From: Balanoglossus misakiensis
Taxonomy: Eukaryota; Animalia; Hemichordata
Direction of reading: 5' to 3'
Assembly: GCA_040954595.2 (NCBI GenBank)
Contig: CM082592.2
Coordinates: 2,232,001-2,296,000 of the forward strand
DNA length: 64,000 nucleotides
In this document: piece after piece, positions 47,558 to 59,772 of the stretch
How the letters are laid out: each line of letters opens with the position of its first letter
Numbering within the stretch: the first letter of the stretch is position 1
Made by a program: the position numbers and the translations under genes
Notes under the pieces: generated by a model
What the model was told of the DNA's origin: nothing
What the model saw: only the letters and a program-made list of their open reading frames with translations
The model's database searches: none

Positions 47558-48215
47558 AGGGGAAATCCCGTGTAGCTGATTTCTACATAATTTGGAGCTT
47601 TGAGGTCACTCTTTCAGAAAAAAATCATATTCACCCTGTATAAGTTGCGCGATTTTTTACAAAATCGAGGGAAAGTTGGCAGAATTTCCAATATGGCGTT
47701 TACTTAAGCAATAAAACACCCCCAGCCATGGTATACCACGAGATTTTGACCAGTTCACGACATATACGCACTCGCTATCGCTCGTGCGTATATGGAGTTG
47801 AACTGGTCAAAATCGAGTGGTATACCATGGCTGGGGGTGTTTTATTGCTATTATATTATGCCAGTATATTGAAACTTTGCATAAAACATTTTAAAAAGGC
47901 ATTTTCTTTGACTATGATATATGACTGTGGTATATGGCTAATATATCACGGTCACGTGTCGTGTCTCGACCAATCAAATAGCGTGATTTACGCCATCAAT
48001 ATACTGGTATAATATAATCTAATTTGAATCATGGGAAAAAAGAGCCAGGACCAACTTCCGCCCACCTTTGGTGTGGGTGATACCATTTTCCGATTGGTGT
48101 CACTGGGCGACAGACTAGGTGTATTTGCATAGCTATTGTGTGTTCTTTGCATCAGTTGATAAACAATCATCAGCAAAGTCGAAAATTTGTCATAACCCAT
48201 GAAAAATATGCGAAT
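47558..48215. mobile_element. Second, reverse-oriented copy of the 18097-18515 Kolobok-like MITE, interrupted at 47705-48016
   Basis: aggggaaatcccgtgtagctgatttctacataatttgg; reverse complement of 18150-18515. Confidence 0.75.
47705..48016. mobile_element. Hairpin-ended non-autonomous element (Crypton-like) with a ~65-bp-arm palindrome at 47708-47849
   Basis: agcaataaaacacccccagccatggtataccac...gtgcgtatat...gtggtataccatggctgggggtgttttattgct; the same family occurs at 32366-32651. Confidence 0.7.
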
Positions 48216-48889
48216 ATGCTTAGAACATTTAAAAATAGCGTCAAGGACACTGTGGTCCCATTTGAGGATTGTGCGGAAACAGTGACACACCAGAATAAAA
48301 ATTACAGGTGACATTGCAAGCAGATATGATCTTACCATATAGAAATATGGAATGTAAAAATTAACAAGGAAAATGCCCAATAAACTGTCATGTGTCATGG
48401 CAGTCTTACAAGTGGTGCTAGAAAAAATAATTGTCCAAAAATTGTCTGTACAAATACATATGAGAAGCAACTTCTTTCAGTCAGCCCTGGAACAGACAGT
48501 CACACAGACACACACAGTGTTGCAGCCAGGAATTTTATAACAGGGGACACTGTGTCCCCGCACTATTTATTTTGGGGGACATTTTGCATATTTTGGGGAC
48601 AACATAAACCATGGACATACATGTATGTCCATGCATAAACGTTACACGTACACATACATACACAAAGACATACCACATTAAATTGTATAATTTGATGTTT
48701 TTAATAAAACACTCAGACTCCTTGGTCTGTGTCACAATGACCATATATTTTAACCTGCATTGTGTACAAATTGTACAAATCACGTGTTCACAACAGTCAA
48801 GATCTGATCACTATTGTTCTGATAATTAAAGTCACTGCCGATTACTGTTTATGCGTCTTTGTTTTACTTTTCTGATTTTGATTACATTC

Positions 48890-49340
48890 AAGATCTTTTA
48901 AATCTGCTTCATTTCTAAATGAAGTTTTTACCAAAATATCAGAAAGATGAATAATCCCCCCTTTTTATACAAATAAGGATGAAAAACAGACTTGTTGTTG
49001 ACAAGAATTCTGGCTTTATTCCAAATAACCTGCTCAGCTGGAGGGGTGGAGGAAAAATGACCAATTTAAATTCTTTCAAGTCCTTTATTATTTTAGGAGT
49101 AAATTTGAGAAAACTTGTTCCCCATTATATAAAATCAATAGGGTATTTCTAAAAGCTAGGGAATTCATTCCAAGATCAACTGTTGTCTGACTAGGGGTCC
49201 TAAGGCATGTAATAAGAATACTCTCAACTCTGTCTTTTTGGAGTCTTATCCAAGAAATTAGCAGTTGAATCTACATTAAAAGTTCAGTGGGAGGATTTTC
49301 AACAAAACTGAGACTGCTGGTACTCATGTGGACAGAGTTG
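48890..49340 (-). mobile_element. L1/Tx1-type LINE ORF2 C-terminal fragment
   Basis: Minus-strand PAEQVIWNKARILVNNKSVFHPYLYKK/GIIHLSDIL resembles the post-RT IWNN..I...GI..I.DL block; degraded. Confidence 0.5.
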
Positions 49341-49809
49341 GTTTCAGAAGCAATTGGAGTCACGGTAGTTCACTGCCTGCACAGCTGAGTCTGATATATA
49401 GGCGTGATATCGCAATGTATTACTATTACAATTCCCAAGAGGGTGGCTGCGTGTACGTAAACTGTATCAAATTCAACGATAAACCACAGTCCCTCGAGGG
49501 ACTCAAGTTTGCTACAAGTTTGCTATGAAGATGTTATCAGTATCGATTACAGGTCGTAAGGTCATAAACTGTGACAAGTGAATCTCTTTGTACGCGTACA
49601 CCCATCAGTTATCAGGAAACAATGTATATTAGCGCCGGCTATTTTTACACTCAGAGTGCGCCCGTGGTGACCCGCAGTATGCCAGAAAGTGCGCCCGTGC
49701 AACACTGCACACACTCACCTGCCACTGGTAATTAAAAATTTGATAGCTGGTGGTCTCTGTAACAGCTGGCCTATTTAAGTTATGTAAACATGTCTTAGTT
49801 CAGGGTAAA

Positions 49810-50870
49810 TAGTAACTTTAAAAACAACTGGGCAATTGGTTTAGGAGAAGATTTGCTAACCAAAAACAAAGAAACTTACAAAAAAACTTGCTAAATATTG
49901 AATATTTCTGATGTCAGAATTGAATAAGAGTTGCACATAAACATGTATGTGTTATGAAATTATATCCTAAATGTCAAAGCAATCAGAGAAAAAAAAAACA
50001 AATTTTAAAGCAATCCAATAAGCAGTTTCACAGAAAATATTTGTTCAAAAGTGGCAAAAACACAAATATGCAAATATCACCAAAATTGTACAATATCTTA
50101 CTTCAATCACAACAAGGAACATGCTGGCAAAGTTCAATGCAATATGACAAGCGGTTTCAGTAAAAACAATTTTTGACAAAAATTGCAAACGTTTCCCCGA
50201 TAACACATTTATGCAAATATCACATTTTTTACAACATATTACTTAAGTTACCCCTACGAACATGCCTACCAAATTGCAAAGCAATCTGGCATGCGGTTTT
50301 AAAGAAAAAAAACGACGTTGACCAAAAATGGCAAATATTGCTTAAAATTATAAATATGCAAATTTTGCAACAATTTGAACAAAACTATGGTTACTCAGAC
50401 AACCATTAGGAAGCTTCATACTAAATTTCAAAGAAGTAGGCCTATCACTTTCAGAAATGAAGACCTTTTACCAATAACATGGAAAAATACAAAAAATGCA
50501 TAAAAAATAGGAAATCGATAATATTAGCTCAAAACATACAGGCCTGTACGAGGTAGACATAAGGTACATGCATACCAATTTTCTAATCAATATGACCAGT
50601 GGTTGTTGAGTTTTTACCAATTTCACATTTTCCCAGCTAATTTGCATATTTTTGACAATGGCAACTTCATTTGAACAAACTCCCATCTAAAGCCCTGCTT
50701 GCATCTACACACCAAATATCGAGGTCATATGCGCAGCAGTTTTCAAGTTTTTGATGTGGACGGACATACAGACATACATCCATCCATACATACAGACATA
50801 CATACATACATACTTACATACAGACGCAACAAATCCCATAAGGTCCCATGGTACATACCAATGGGTCCTA
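49810..50870 (+). mobile_element. HINE/DINE-like element, family 2 (microsatellite plus terminal hairpin ggtcccatggtacataccaatgggtcc)
   Basis: 50540-50870 matches 62480-62818; the left boundary is approximate. Confidence 0.6.
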
Positions 50871-51960
50871 AACATGTGTTGAACATGTCCGAAATTATCC
50901 CTTACCCTACCGGTTATGGTACCTGCTACAGTCACAAGTCGTTGAAAATATGTATACCAATGTACATACTGTGTTACTGAGTTAGATAGCTTTTGTTTCT
51001 TTGCCATGTGTGAGTTGAATTGCTTGACTTTTCTGTATCCACCGTTTATGACCAGCTTGCCCTGACAAAATTACCAGCTGAGGCAACTAAGTGTCTTAGT
51101 TAAAATTCTCCATGGTCAAGGTATGAACTTGTCCAACATTCTACTCTTCTAGATTTCATTTCTTACCTGCAATGGAAATTCTTTTCTTTTTCAGCTTGTA
51201 TGTGATAAGTTCTCAGTTGTCACCAGAATCCAGATCATCAGGAATTGAAATGTTGGAAACTGACACATTTAAACTCCATTGTTACCAGACATTAACAGGT
51301 AGGTCAACAAGGATTGCAGGTTCAAGTTCTAGCATGGCCTTTACTCTTTTCTCATTCTTCTTTGCCTCCATGGGTAGACGGCCAATGGTGATTTCCACCT
51401 GTTCTGGCTGAATGAATTAGGAAAAAAACTTTCCAAGTTTATCAGATTGTCGGCATAATACTAATAGAAAGCTTATGGTGACAACAGAACAAATTGAAGT
51501 ATAGACTATTGTGGTATGCATACAAAGTCTATGTTATTGCCTGTTGGTTATTGCTGTGTGTAGAAGAAAACACACCACACTTTCGGTCTTAATAACAGCA
51601 CCCCTTGTGGCGAACGTTTGAAATCCTTGATTTTGCGCATGGGTTCACAGCAACTCAAAAGTCTCATATTTGAGTTCACAATGACAGACAACAAGCTATG
51701 TCAATGCTAGAAGTCTGCAGGTTGTATTTCTACAGCCAGAGTTACATGTACAGTGCCTGGTGACTAAAACCAACTTTTGTTTAAAAAAAACGACCCCGGT
51801 GAGATGAACATTTATAGAATTTCCAACACATAATGTAAATAATCCATCCTAGCAGCAACATGAAACCTGGCTAGAAATGATTCATGTCTACTGACATCTA
51901 AACCATATATACTCTCCCCCCCCCCAACACCAGAAAATATAATCCATTCAGTTTTTTTAA

Positions 51961-53103
51961 CCCTTTCACCATCATGGTTCAGTCCAAACCCATTGTTTCC
52001 TATGGTAAGGTTGGACCTCTTAATAGGGATCTGGGGGTGGAAGGGATAAAGCTTCTTGCAAACACTTCCTCTCAAATGCACTGCCTCCAATGTACTGGTT
52101 TCTGTCAATACTCACCAGCAATCCCATCTTGCAAACACTTCCTGTCACAACAAGAATTACAAATTCAGTTTGTAAACAAATACAGCTTCTCCTCTTGTGG
52201 TTGCTGTTGACACACCCCTTGAAGCAAGAAGCATTTTTGAAAGAAATTACTGTCAGCTAGCTAAATCCTTGCATCAGTCAATCTAATGTTTTTAAACTCT
52301 GGAAAGGACCTTGGAATACTTTCGCCTAAGAAAATTATCTTGTAATCTATATTTATGGAAGTTTGCACTGTGACTGATGGCAATGTCAAAATTATGGTTG
52401 AAGGTGGTCATGTTACAGCAATCCAAACAATTTCATGCACAAGAATGAATTCTGGGTTTCACTTATTGATCTGGTTGTTTGATATTCAATTTAAAAGGAT
52501 ATTAGCTGTAACTATTGACTATATTTTCAGTATTTTTGTTCTGTGTATCAAATATAATTTCGCCAGCTTGGTTCACTCCAAACCCATTGTGTTCTGAGGT
52601 AAAGTTGGATCTCTATATAGGTAACTGGGGGTGAAAATCAGAACTTTGGGTTAAAGCACGTACTAGCTCGTCTCAAGCGCATGCGCGTAACTTCCCAGCA
52701 AATTTTCCGTTCGATGCATTCAAATAGTGGACTGCCTTTGCTTCCTTCCATATTTCTTGCACAGCGTAAAAGTAGATTCTGGTTTTGTCCCTCCTTTTCA
52801 CCCAAGCTAGAGTCTTTTCCCGATCTCCGACACAGATTATGGTCGCCGCCATCTTCTCTGTTGTTAGGACAGAGCACTGCCTTATGGGATTGACTGTTCA
52901 CTAAACGTCTGTAACCAGCGGCTACATTTGGAACATGCGTGTGAGACGAGCTACGCGCTTTAAACTTTGCAAGACCCCTGTTTTATTGAACCTGAGTGTA
53001 AAATTGTTGTTAGATTTAATACTTTCACCCCAGATCCCTCTATAGAGGTCAAACCTTCCCATAGAAAACAATGGATTTGGACCAAACCATGGTGGTTAAA
53101 GGG
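51961..53103. mobile_element. piggyBac-like non-autonomous element(s) in the TRAPPC4 intron
   Basis: ttaa|ccctttcaccatcatggttcagtccaaacccattgttt ... aaacaatggatttggaccaaaccatggtggttaaaggg|ttaa; an internal partial TIR copy at ~52570-52635. Confidence 0.65.
52655..52959. mobile_element. Kolobok-like MITE (TTAA TSD) nested in the piggyBac-like element
   Basis: ttaa|agcacgtactagctcgtctca ... tgagacgagctacgcgct|ttaa. Confidence 0.6.
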
Positions 53104-53676
53104 TTAATCTCATTATGAGAGAGGGAAATTTAGCACAATTATTTCTAGTGTAAATTCTGTGTCAGTCTGAATTGCAACCAGTAATCTACACCTTTGATTA
53201 AAACAAAACTTGTGTAATTTTTTTTTTTCAGGAATTAAATTCAGAGTATTAACAGACCCAAGACAAGGTGGAGTGGATACTCTGTTAAAGAAGATCTATG
53301 AAATTTATTCAGATTTTGCATTAAAAATCCATTTTATTCATTAGATATGCCAATCAGGTGAGAATATCACTTTTTAAATTGCTAATTGTACATGTATTAT
53401 CATTTCTATTATCAATATTTTTGTCATCGAGTGTACGCTACCTTTGACCTTATCAATACCAATGCTGAATCTGTTTTCAGACTGAATCCACTCCATTGTG
53501 GTGTCAATTTGCATTCATAGTTTCATGGATCACGAACAAGAAAATGATGATATATGCAGAATGGTGATCACACAGTTATCCATGAAGCATGTCATTTTAT
53601 TCTGACCACAGATTTATATCTACTCTCTGAAGACTTGCATCTTTTTTTCTTTTGTTCATTTCTCAGGTGCGAATTA

Positions 53677-54370
53677 GGCTGCATTCACAAACACCTCTGG
53701 AGGGGGGGGGGGGAGAATTGAGGGGGGGGGGATTTGAAAAAAATTGAGGGTATGTAAGGGGGGGATTTGAAATAATTTAGGGACTGAAAGGGGGGGACTT
53801 GAAAACTTTGACGACTTAATATTTATTTTGAGTCCACAAAAATGCAGTTTCACACCCTTTATTTTACAAAATGTTCTGGTTTATCTAGTGTCCCAGGTCA
53901 GGGGACTTGCCCCCACCCCATGATAACTTTGAGCGGCGACAGTTAAATTTGTCCTCCCCAACATACCGGTAGGTGAGTTAATTTGCTTTTGCCGGGTTCA
54001 TTAAAATGCAGCTTTGAGCTCTGTATTTTATAAAATTTTCTTACGTGGGAGGGGACACCCCCTTCAATTTTTGGTTTACAATGTCTCCCAACACAGAATA
54101 CAAATACTTAAAAAAATAAAAACAATGTTCAGTTTTAATACCCACTGATGAGGGGAAACATCAGTTTCAAATTCTTATCATGGGAGCGCTGTTGTGATGT
54201 GTTTTGCTCTGAAAGAAAATGGGTGGGGGGGGGATTTCAAAATTTTGGCAGTTCGGAAGGGGGGGATTTGAAAATATGTTGGGTTGTGTACGGGGGGCAT
54301 GTGAAATTAGCGGTAAAAAAAATTGAATACTCCCCCCCCCCCCCCTCCAGAGGTGTTTGTGAATGCAGCC
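53677..54370. mobile_element. PIF/Harbinger-like MITE (TTA TSD) inserted in the last TRAPPC4 coding exon
   Basis: tta|ggctgcattcacaaacacctctggagggg ... cccctccagaggtgtttgtgaatgcagcc|tta. Confidence 0.9.
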
Positions 54371-54425
54371 TTATTTGATGAAAACTTGAAGTCAACACTG
54401 GAACAAGCTGAGAGAACCACTGTTT

Positions 54426-54638
54426 ACACAGCCAGTGTATAGATCGAACTTGTGGACTTCTTACCCATGATGTTATCATGGCGGTGATGCTGACAGTTGT
54501 GTGATACCAACAACAATGCCTGCAGAATATGTAATACCCTCTACAAAGCATGTGCACAGCCAGTGTATAGATCGAATTTGCGGACTTCTAACCCATGATG
54601 TTATCATGGCGGTGATGCTGACAGTTGTGTGATACCAA
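54426..54638 (+). repeat. ~84-bp direct duplication spanning the TRAPPC4 stop codon
   Basis: cacagccagtgtatagatcgaa...gttgtgtgataccaa at ~54427 and ~54555. Confidence 0.8.
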
Positions 54639-55289
54639 GAATGTGCAATCATTTTGACCATGCATCATGCATCTTAATATGTCATTCGAAACTAGAGTAC
54701 ATGTGCAAAAAAAAAGATAATTTTGTTTTGCGTTATCTGCTTCCATTGAGTAGTAACAGCGTTTGAAAGTTACATTTTTAGAAAAATTTGATCAAATTCA
54801 CGGTGAGTTGTATTGAATCAGAGTTTATTCCCGCCAGGGACAAATTATCGACTAAAAGATAATCTGTTTTTTTTTGGATGTGTCATACACAATCCCCAGT
54901 TAAAATTTGAGCAAATTCAGCCAACTCAGAGCGAAGCTAAATTCTTCTGAAGTTGTCAAGAGCAGCGAAAACGCAAACTGAGAAAAATGGCCATTTGCAT
55001 TGTTGACACCTACTATTTGTTAAGTTGTGGACTCGTTCAGAAAAGTGCTATTTTTGGGTGATTATGCACCATTTTCGCCAAGACGTATTAGTCAGGATGT
55101 GGATCAGTATTAGACCTACCAATTTCTGTAAAAAAGTAAATTTTGGCAAAAATCACAACTTTTCATGCAATGCCACCTTAAGGCAGCCAGAATTCATATT
55201 ACCCCTCCAGTCAGTGCAGATATAAGACCACACATTTAAAAAATGTATGTTTTTATTTTTTTAATAATTAGTGTACACATCTGCATTGA

Positions 55290-55436
55290 ACTAAATAAAT
55301 AAAATAAATAAATATATACACTGAGTAAATAAACTAAGTAAATAAATGTATGCTAACTAAACCTATGCTACCTAAACTAATTAGATAAACCTAATTAACT
55401 AAATACTAAACTTATACTAATTAACTAAGAACTTAT

Positions 55437-55479
<43 letters not shown>

Positions 55480-55561
55480 ACTATTCAAAAGTTTGGACAA
55501 ATACATGTGTACACTCACTCACTCACTCACTTAGACAGACAGACAGACTGACAGACGGACG

Positions 55562-55613
<52 letters not shown>
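55290..55613. repeat. Low-complexity and microsatellite cluster: (TAAA)n, (TAAC)n, (CACT)n, (GACA/GACG)n
   Basis: Directly visible. Confidence 0.9.
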
Positions 55614-58236
55614 GGTGTATCAAAATGGGTATTACTGAGGAGGGGGGGGGGCGGCAGTTTGGGCCAAGACTGGTTGGGGCATTTCAGAGGACATTTAAAA
55701 ATCAAATTTACTTGAGGCAACCTGAGGAAATTGTTAAGAAGACGGGTTCTCATGTGCCATGGTTAGGGCGCTCCTTTTTTTTTATACTTATCATAAGTGG
55801 GTAAACATTTATTATCAGCGACTTCAAAATCTTGCGTGAACACATGTTATTTGAGTTTCAAATAGGTCAGAGATCAACAGGCATTTGCATGATCCATTAC
55901 CGATTCATGGTAACTTTTCATTGGAGGTTGCACTTGAAAGACAAAATGCAAAGTAGTTTTTTTTTTTTATGAAACAAAAGTTACATGAAAAACCTGCTTG
56001 ATTTCCGATCCATATATTGTATAGCATCATTCAAGTAAACAAGCTTTGTCAGTGTTCTGGTCAGTTTTTTTTTTCGCTTTTCGAACTCTTACTCGTATCT
56101 TCTTGAGAAAACTCACAGCTTGGGTTTTAAACAACAGAGGTGTTGCGGAATAAACAACAACTACAAACACTAAGTAAATGTCTGAAAAATAAACTTAATA
56201 AAGTATTCAAAGAAGATAAATGATTACAATCAAAGATAAAAGATTTGATTTCAAACAATTTTGCAGATTTGCCATTCAGGCAAATACAGCCAAAGCAAGA
56301 GATGTCAAGCAAAGTGAGCAACTCTTACAACAAGTTGGAAAGTACAAATGCCGACAGATTGTTTAACCTTATGATTGAATGTTGATGCCATATATAGCGC
56401 ATTGGATGGTATTGTGAAAATGTGTCATCTACATTGTGTTTCAATATAGCTCCCAGCAGTATTCACTTTGTGTGAACTTCTCCACGCCTTCAACCAATTT
56501 GTCAGTCTTGTGGGTCATTTGTGAGGTGCTATGATTAACCCCTGCAACTGTCAATCCAGCAGAGGCAATGTCATTAACAATGAATTGCACATGCATAACT
56601 GACTCAGAGGGCCCAGAGGGAAAACCAGTTTCATTCAAAAACGAAGAATAGCCGGTGCCTTGGGGGTCTAAACCATGGGATTTGCAACAATAACACTGTT
56701 GTCCCCTGATATCAATGCATCCGTAGAAGAATTTGAAAAGCTTGGTGATAAAACTGCAGCAAATATGTAACATGCAAATGAGAGTAGTACCTGTAATGAT
56801 AGGAAGCCTTTTGATGGTCTGATAAAACAAACGAGCAGAAAAGCTGGAAAATATTGTCCCTGTGATGCATCGTTGGAGATCATACATTTTATGAAATTTT
56901 TTCTATGGATATGAAAATAGTGGTACTTAAAGAGTGTGACAACCTATGAACAAGGATTAATCCTCACTACTTCAGCCTTGAAACAGAAATGCACCAAATG
57001 TTTGATAATAACCATAATAACAGTTCTTACAAAAAATGTGCTGTCTTTGGCCATGGCTATATGTTCCCTTTTGTTGAAAGAAGTTTGACACATCAAAGTC
57101 CAGCCAGCTTTTGAAAGCATGGGAACATTGTGACCTGCAGCAGGTTAGAAAGGGGGACAGATCACATTTTCGGGGGACAATATATCAGGACAGTGTTCTC
57201 CCTGGGAAAAATCATAGAGCCAGGGCTAATTTCCGTAAAATTTACATAATCATAGCTTCTTTTGGACACATTTTACCACAGCTGTTACTTATCAAGTATG
57301 CTGACATTGGCACATCGTACTTACTAAGAAAGAATATTGTCTTTTTTATACCCAGTGCAAAGTAGCCCAAGTGAAATACTATTACTAGTGAAAGTATTTG
57401 AAATTGACCTGGGGTTACGAAGTCCGCTCCAATAAAACACCCTGATGTTCCCATGACTTGCTGTGCCCCTCAAAAACTGTGATGTTGTCATATTTTTTAC
57501 GCGCTAGCGACAACCAGTAGTAAGAGAGACTGATAAATCGATGCTGATATGATAGCCTGTTTATTGATGTTTTAAAATGGGGTAGAAATTTTGAAGATGG
57601 CAGACATTTAGAGGCTTAAAAACGGCGAATATTCAACTGTGTCGAGCAGTTTTCAAGTGGAAGTTGGGGGCCTTCGCGCTATATACCAATTTACTAGCAT
57701 ACGGATGAGACCTTTGACACAAGCCACATCTTGTGTCAGCTGCTCGATCACGCGAGCGAGCGGCTCAATTCAAGACACTGCGTTGTTTATCATGATGGTG
57801 GTTGTTGATTCTTTTTTGTTTGTTTGTTTGTTTGTTTGATTGTTTGTTTCCCCGAACAGAACGCCTAATTCACCTGTGTCCTGGATGAAACACTGTCTGC
57901 CCATGCCAAGTTCACAAGTTTTCAGTGCGGGTTGTCTTTTACATCCTACTACATTATGTAATTTTTAGAAATTGGACATATCCTAAGACAAGACACCTCA
58001 GATTTTGTGTTAATTATGATATACTGCCATTGGTGTATTTTTTTTTTGGGGGGGGGGGGGGAAAGATCAACATTCAGGATCAGATTAATTACTTTATAAT
58101 AATTTTTTTGCAATCATACCCCATCCTATTCTAAACAAAATCAAATAGTGCAAAGTAATTAAAAGTTTACCTTATCAAGTAGGCATAAATCAGGGCAGGT
58201 GGCATTGAAATTTACCTGCCCTTCGTAATTATTACC

Positions 58237-59772
58237 GGCCCTGGGCCGCTGTTAATTTTATAAGCCTGTGTAGACGCGCAGGCACATGGCATGACCTCCT
58301 ACAAAAGTTGCTTCATCTTTTGTCATGTTTAGCTGAGTTGTTACAATGCGCGCACACGTTCAGTGCGTTGCTTGTGTTACTAGGCTGTTGATGTGATTTA
58401 TAGGACGCCTGTCTAAAGATAACTTGTTCACTGAATGAGACGGCAGCGCACTGCTCTTGACAGCGTGCAGAGCTGCGTTGCTTCTTGGGTGATTCAAGCC
58501 GTGGAAGGTGTGAAATCACTCAGTTGTGTTCACTAATTGTCAAGAATTGAAAGGAAGTAGCAAGTTACAGTGAAAGCAAAGGTGGACACAAAGCAAAAGT
58601 ACAGGGGTGACAATCAGTCACATTGTTGCTCACTTAGGAAGAATGCATCACAGTGACCCATGAAGATTATTCTGTTGCGACAATCCAACGTTTATTGCGT
58701 CAAATGTCGCAAGGCCGCACGCTAGCTGAAACACTGAAAGAGAGAGCAAATTTGGTAGGCAGTCATACAACATTGACACTTTTGTTTAAGTGTAAAGACA
58801 ATCTAACATTTGCCAAATATTCAGAGGGTATCAACTTCAAGGACAGAAAACGTGGACATTCCTGCCTGCTATTTAGGTTAGTGGTTAGAGGTTAATGTTA
58901 GAGGTTAGATTGGGGTTAAAGGTTAAGGTGCAATTGCAATAGAAGGCTGCAATGTTCAAGTGTAACTGTCCTGAAAGCAGTCATCTGAATATCTGTAGGC
59001 CTGCAAGGTCCTAACCAGTAGACTGTGATAATATGTGATTTGTAGACACAAGCAAGACATTCCTTCACTTGGTAACAGTATTGAATTTTATCATACAAGT
59101 AGTTTTTGTCTGTCTATCAGAACTATCCGCTTTGCTTTGTAAAATTTTAATAAAAAGGAGGAAGTTTCAGATAATAAGTTGGAAAAACAAACGGGTGGCT
59201 TAGAATCCAAAATAGGTGCTCTCTCTGTGTTTAAAACACTAATACTATCTAAAATCACAAATGATAGAAATAAAACAATATACAGTGTTTCAGCTTGCTT
59301 GCGGCCTTGCAACATTTGATGCAATAAATATTGGATTGTCACAACAAAATAAATCTTCATGGGTCACTGTGACACATTCTTCCTGAGTAAGCAACAATGT
59401 GACTGATTGTCACCCCTGTACTTTTGCTTTGCGTCCACCTTTGCTTTCACTGTAACTTGCTACTTCCTTTCAATTCTTGACAATTAGTGAACACAACTGA
59501 GTGATTTCACGCCTTCAACGGCTTGAATCACCCTAGAAGCAACGCAGCTCTGCACGCTGTCAAGAGCAGTACGCTGCCATTTCATTCAGTGCACAAGTTA
59601 TCTCTAGACAGGCGTCCTGTAAATCGCATCAATAGCCTAGTAACACAAGCAGTGTGCGCGCATTGTAACAACTCAGCTAAACATGACAAAAGATGAAGCA
59701 ACTTTTGTTGGAGGTCATGTCATGTGTCTGCGCGTTTGCACAGGCTTATAAAATTAACAGCGGCCCAGGGCC
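58237..59772. repeat. Large inverted repeat: ~500-bp arms (58237-58736 / 59283-59772) around a ~546-bp spacer
   Basis: ggccctgggccgctgttaattttataagcctg...gctgaaacactg mirrored by cagtgtttcagc...caggcttataaaattaacagcggcccagggcc. Confidence 0.9.

Larger units (their letters stand above)
51195..54442 (+). pseudogene. TRAPPC4: TRAPPC4 (Trs23/synbindin) last three coding exons; 5'-truncated and disrupted
   Basis: Exon 51195-51298 [34 protein letters not shown]. Exon 53232-53357 [42 protein letters not shown], with one A missing at ~53323-53327. Last exon 53667-53676 + 54374-54442 RCEL|FDENLKSTLEQAERTTVYTASV*, split by a MITE. Canonical GT-AG sites. Confidence 0.92.

Noticed and set aside
56441-56887. 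148-aa minus-strand ORF
   Set aside because: No recognisable motif or supported splice structure.
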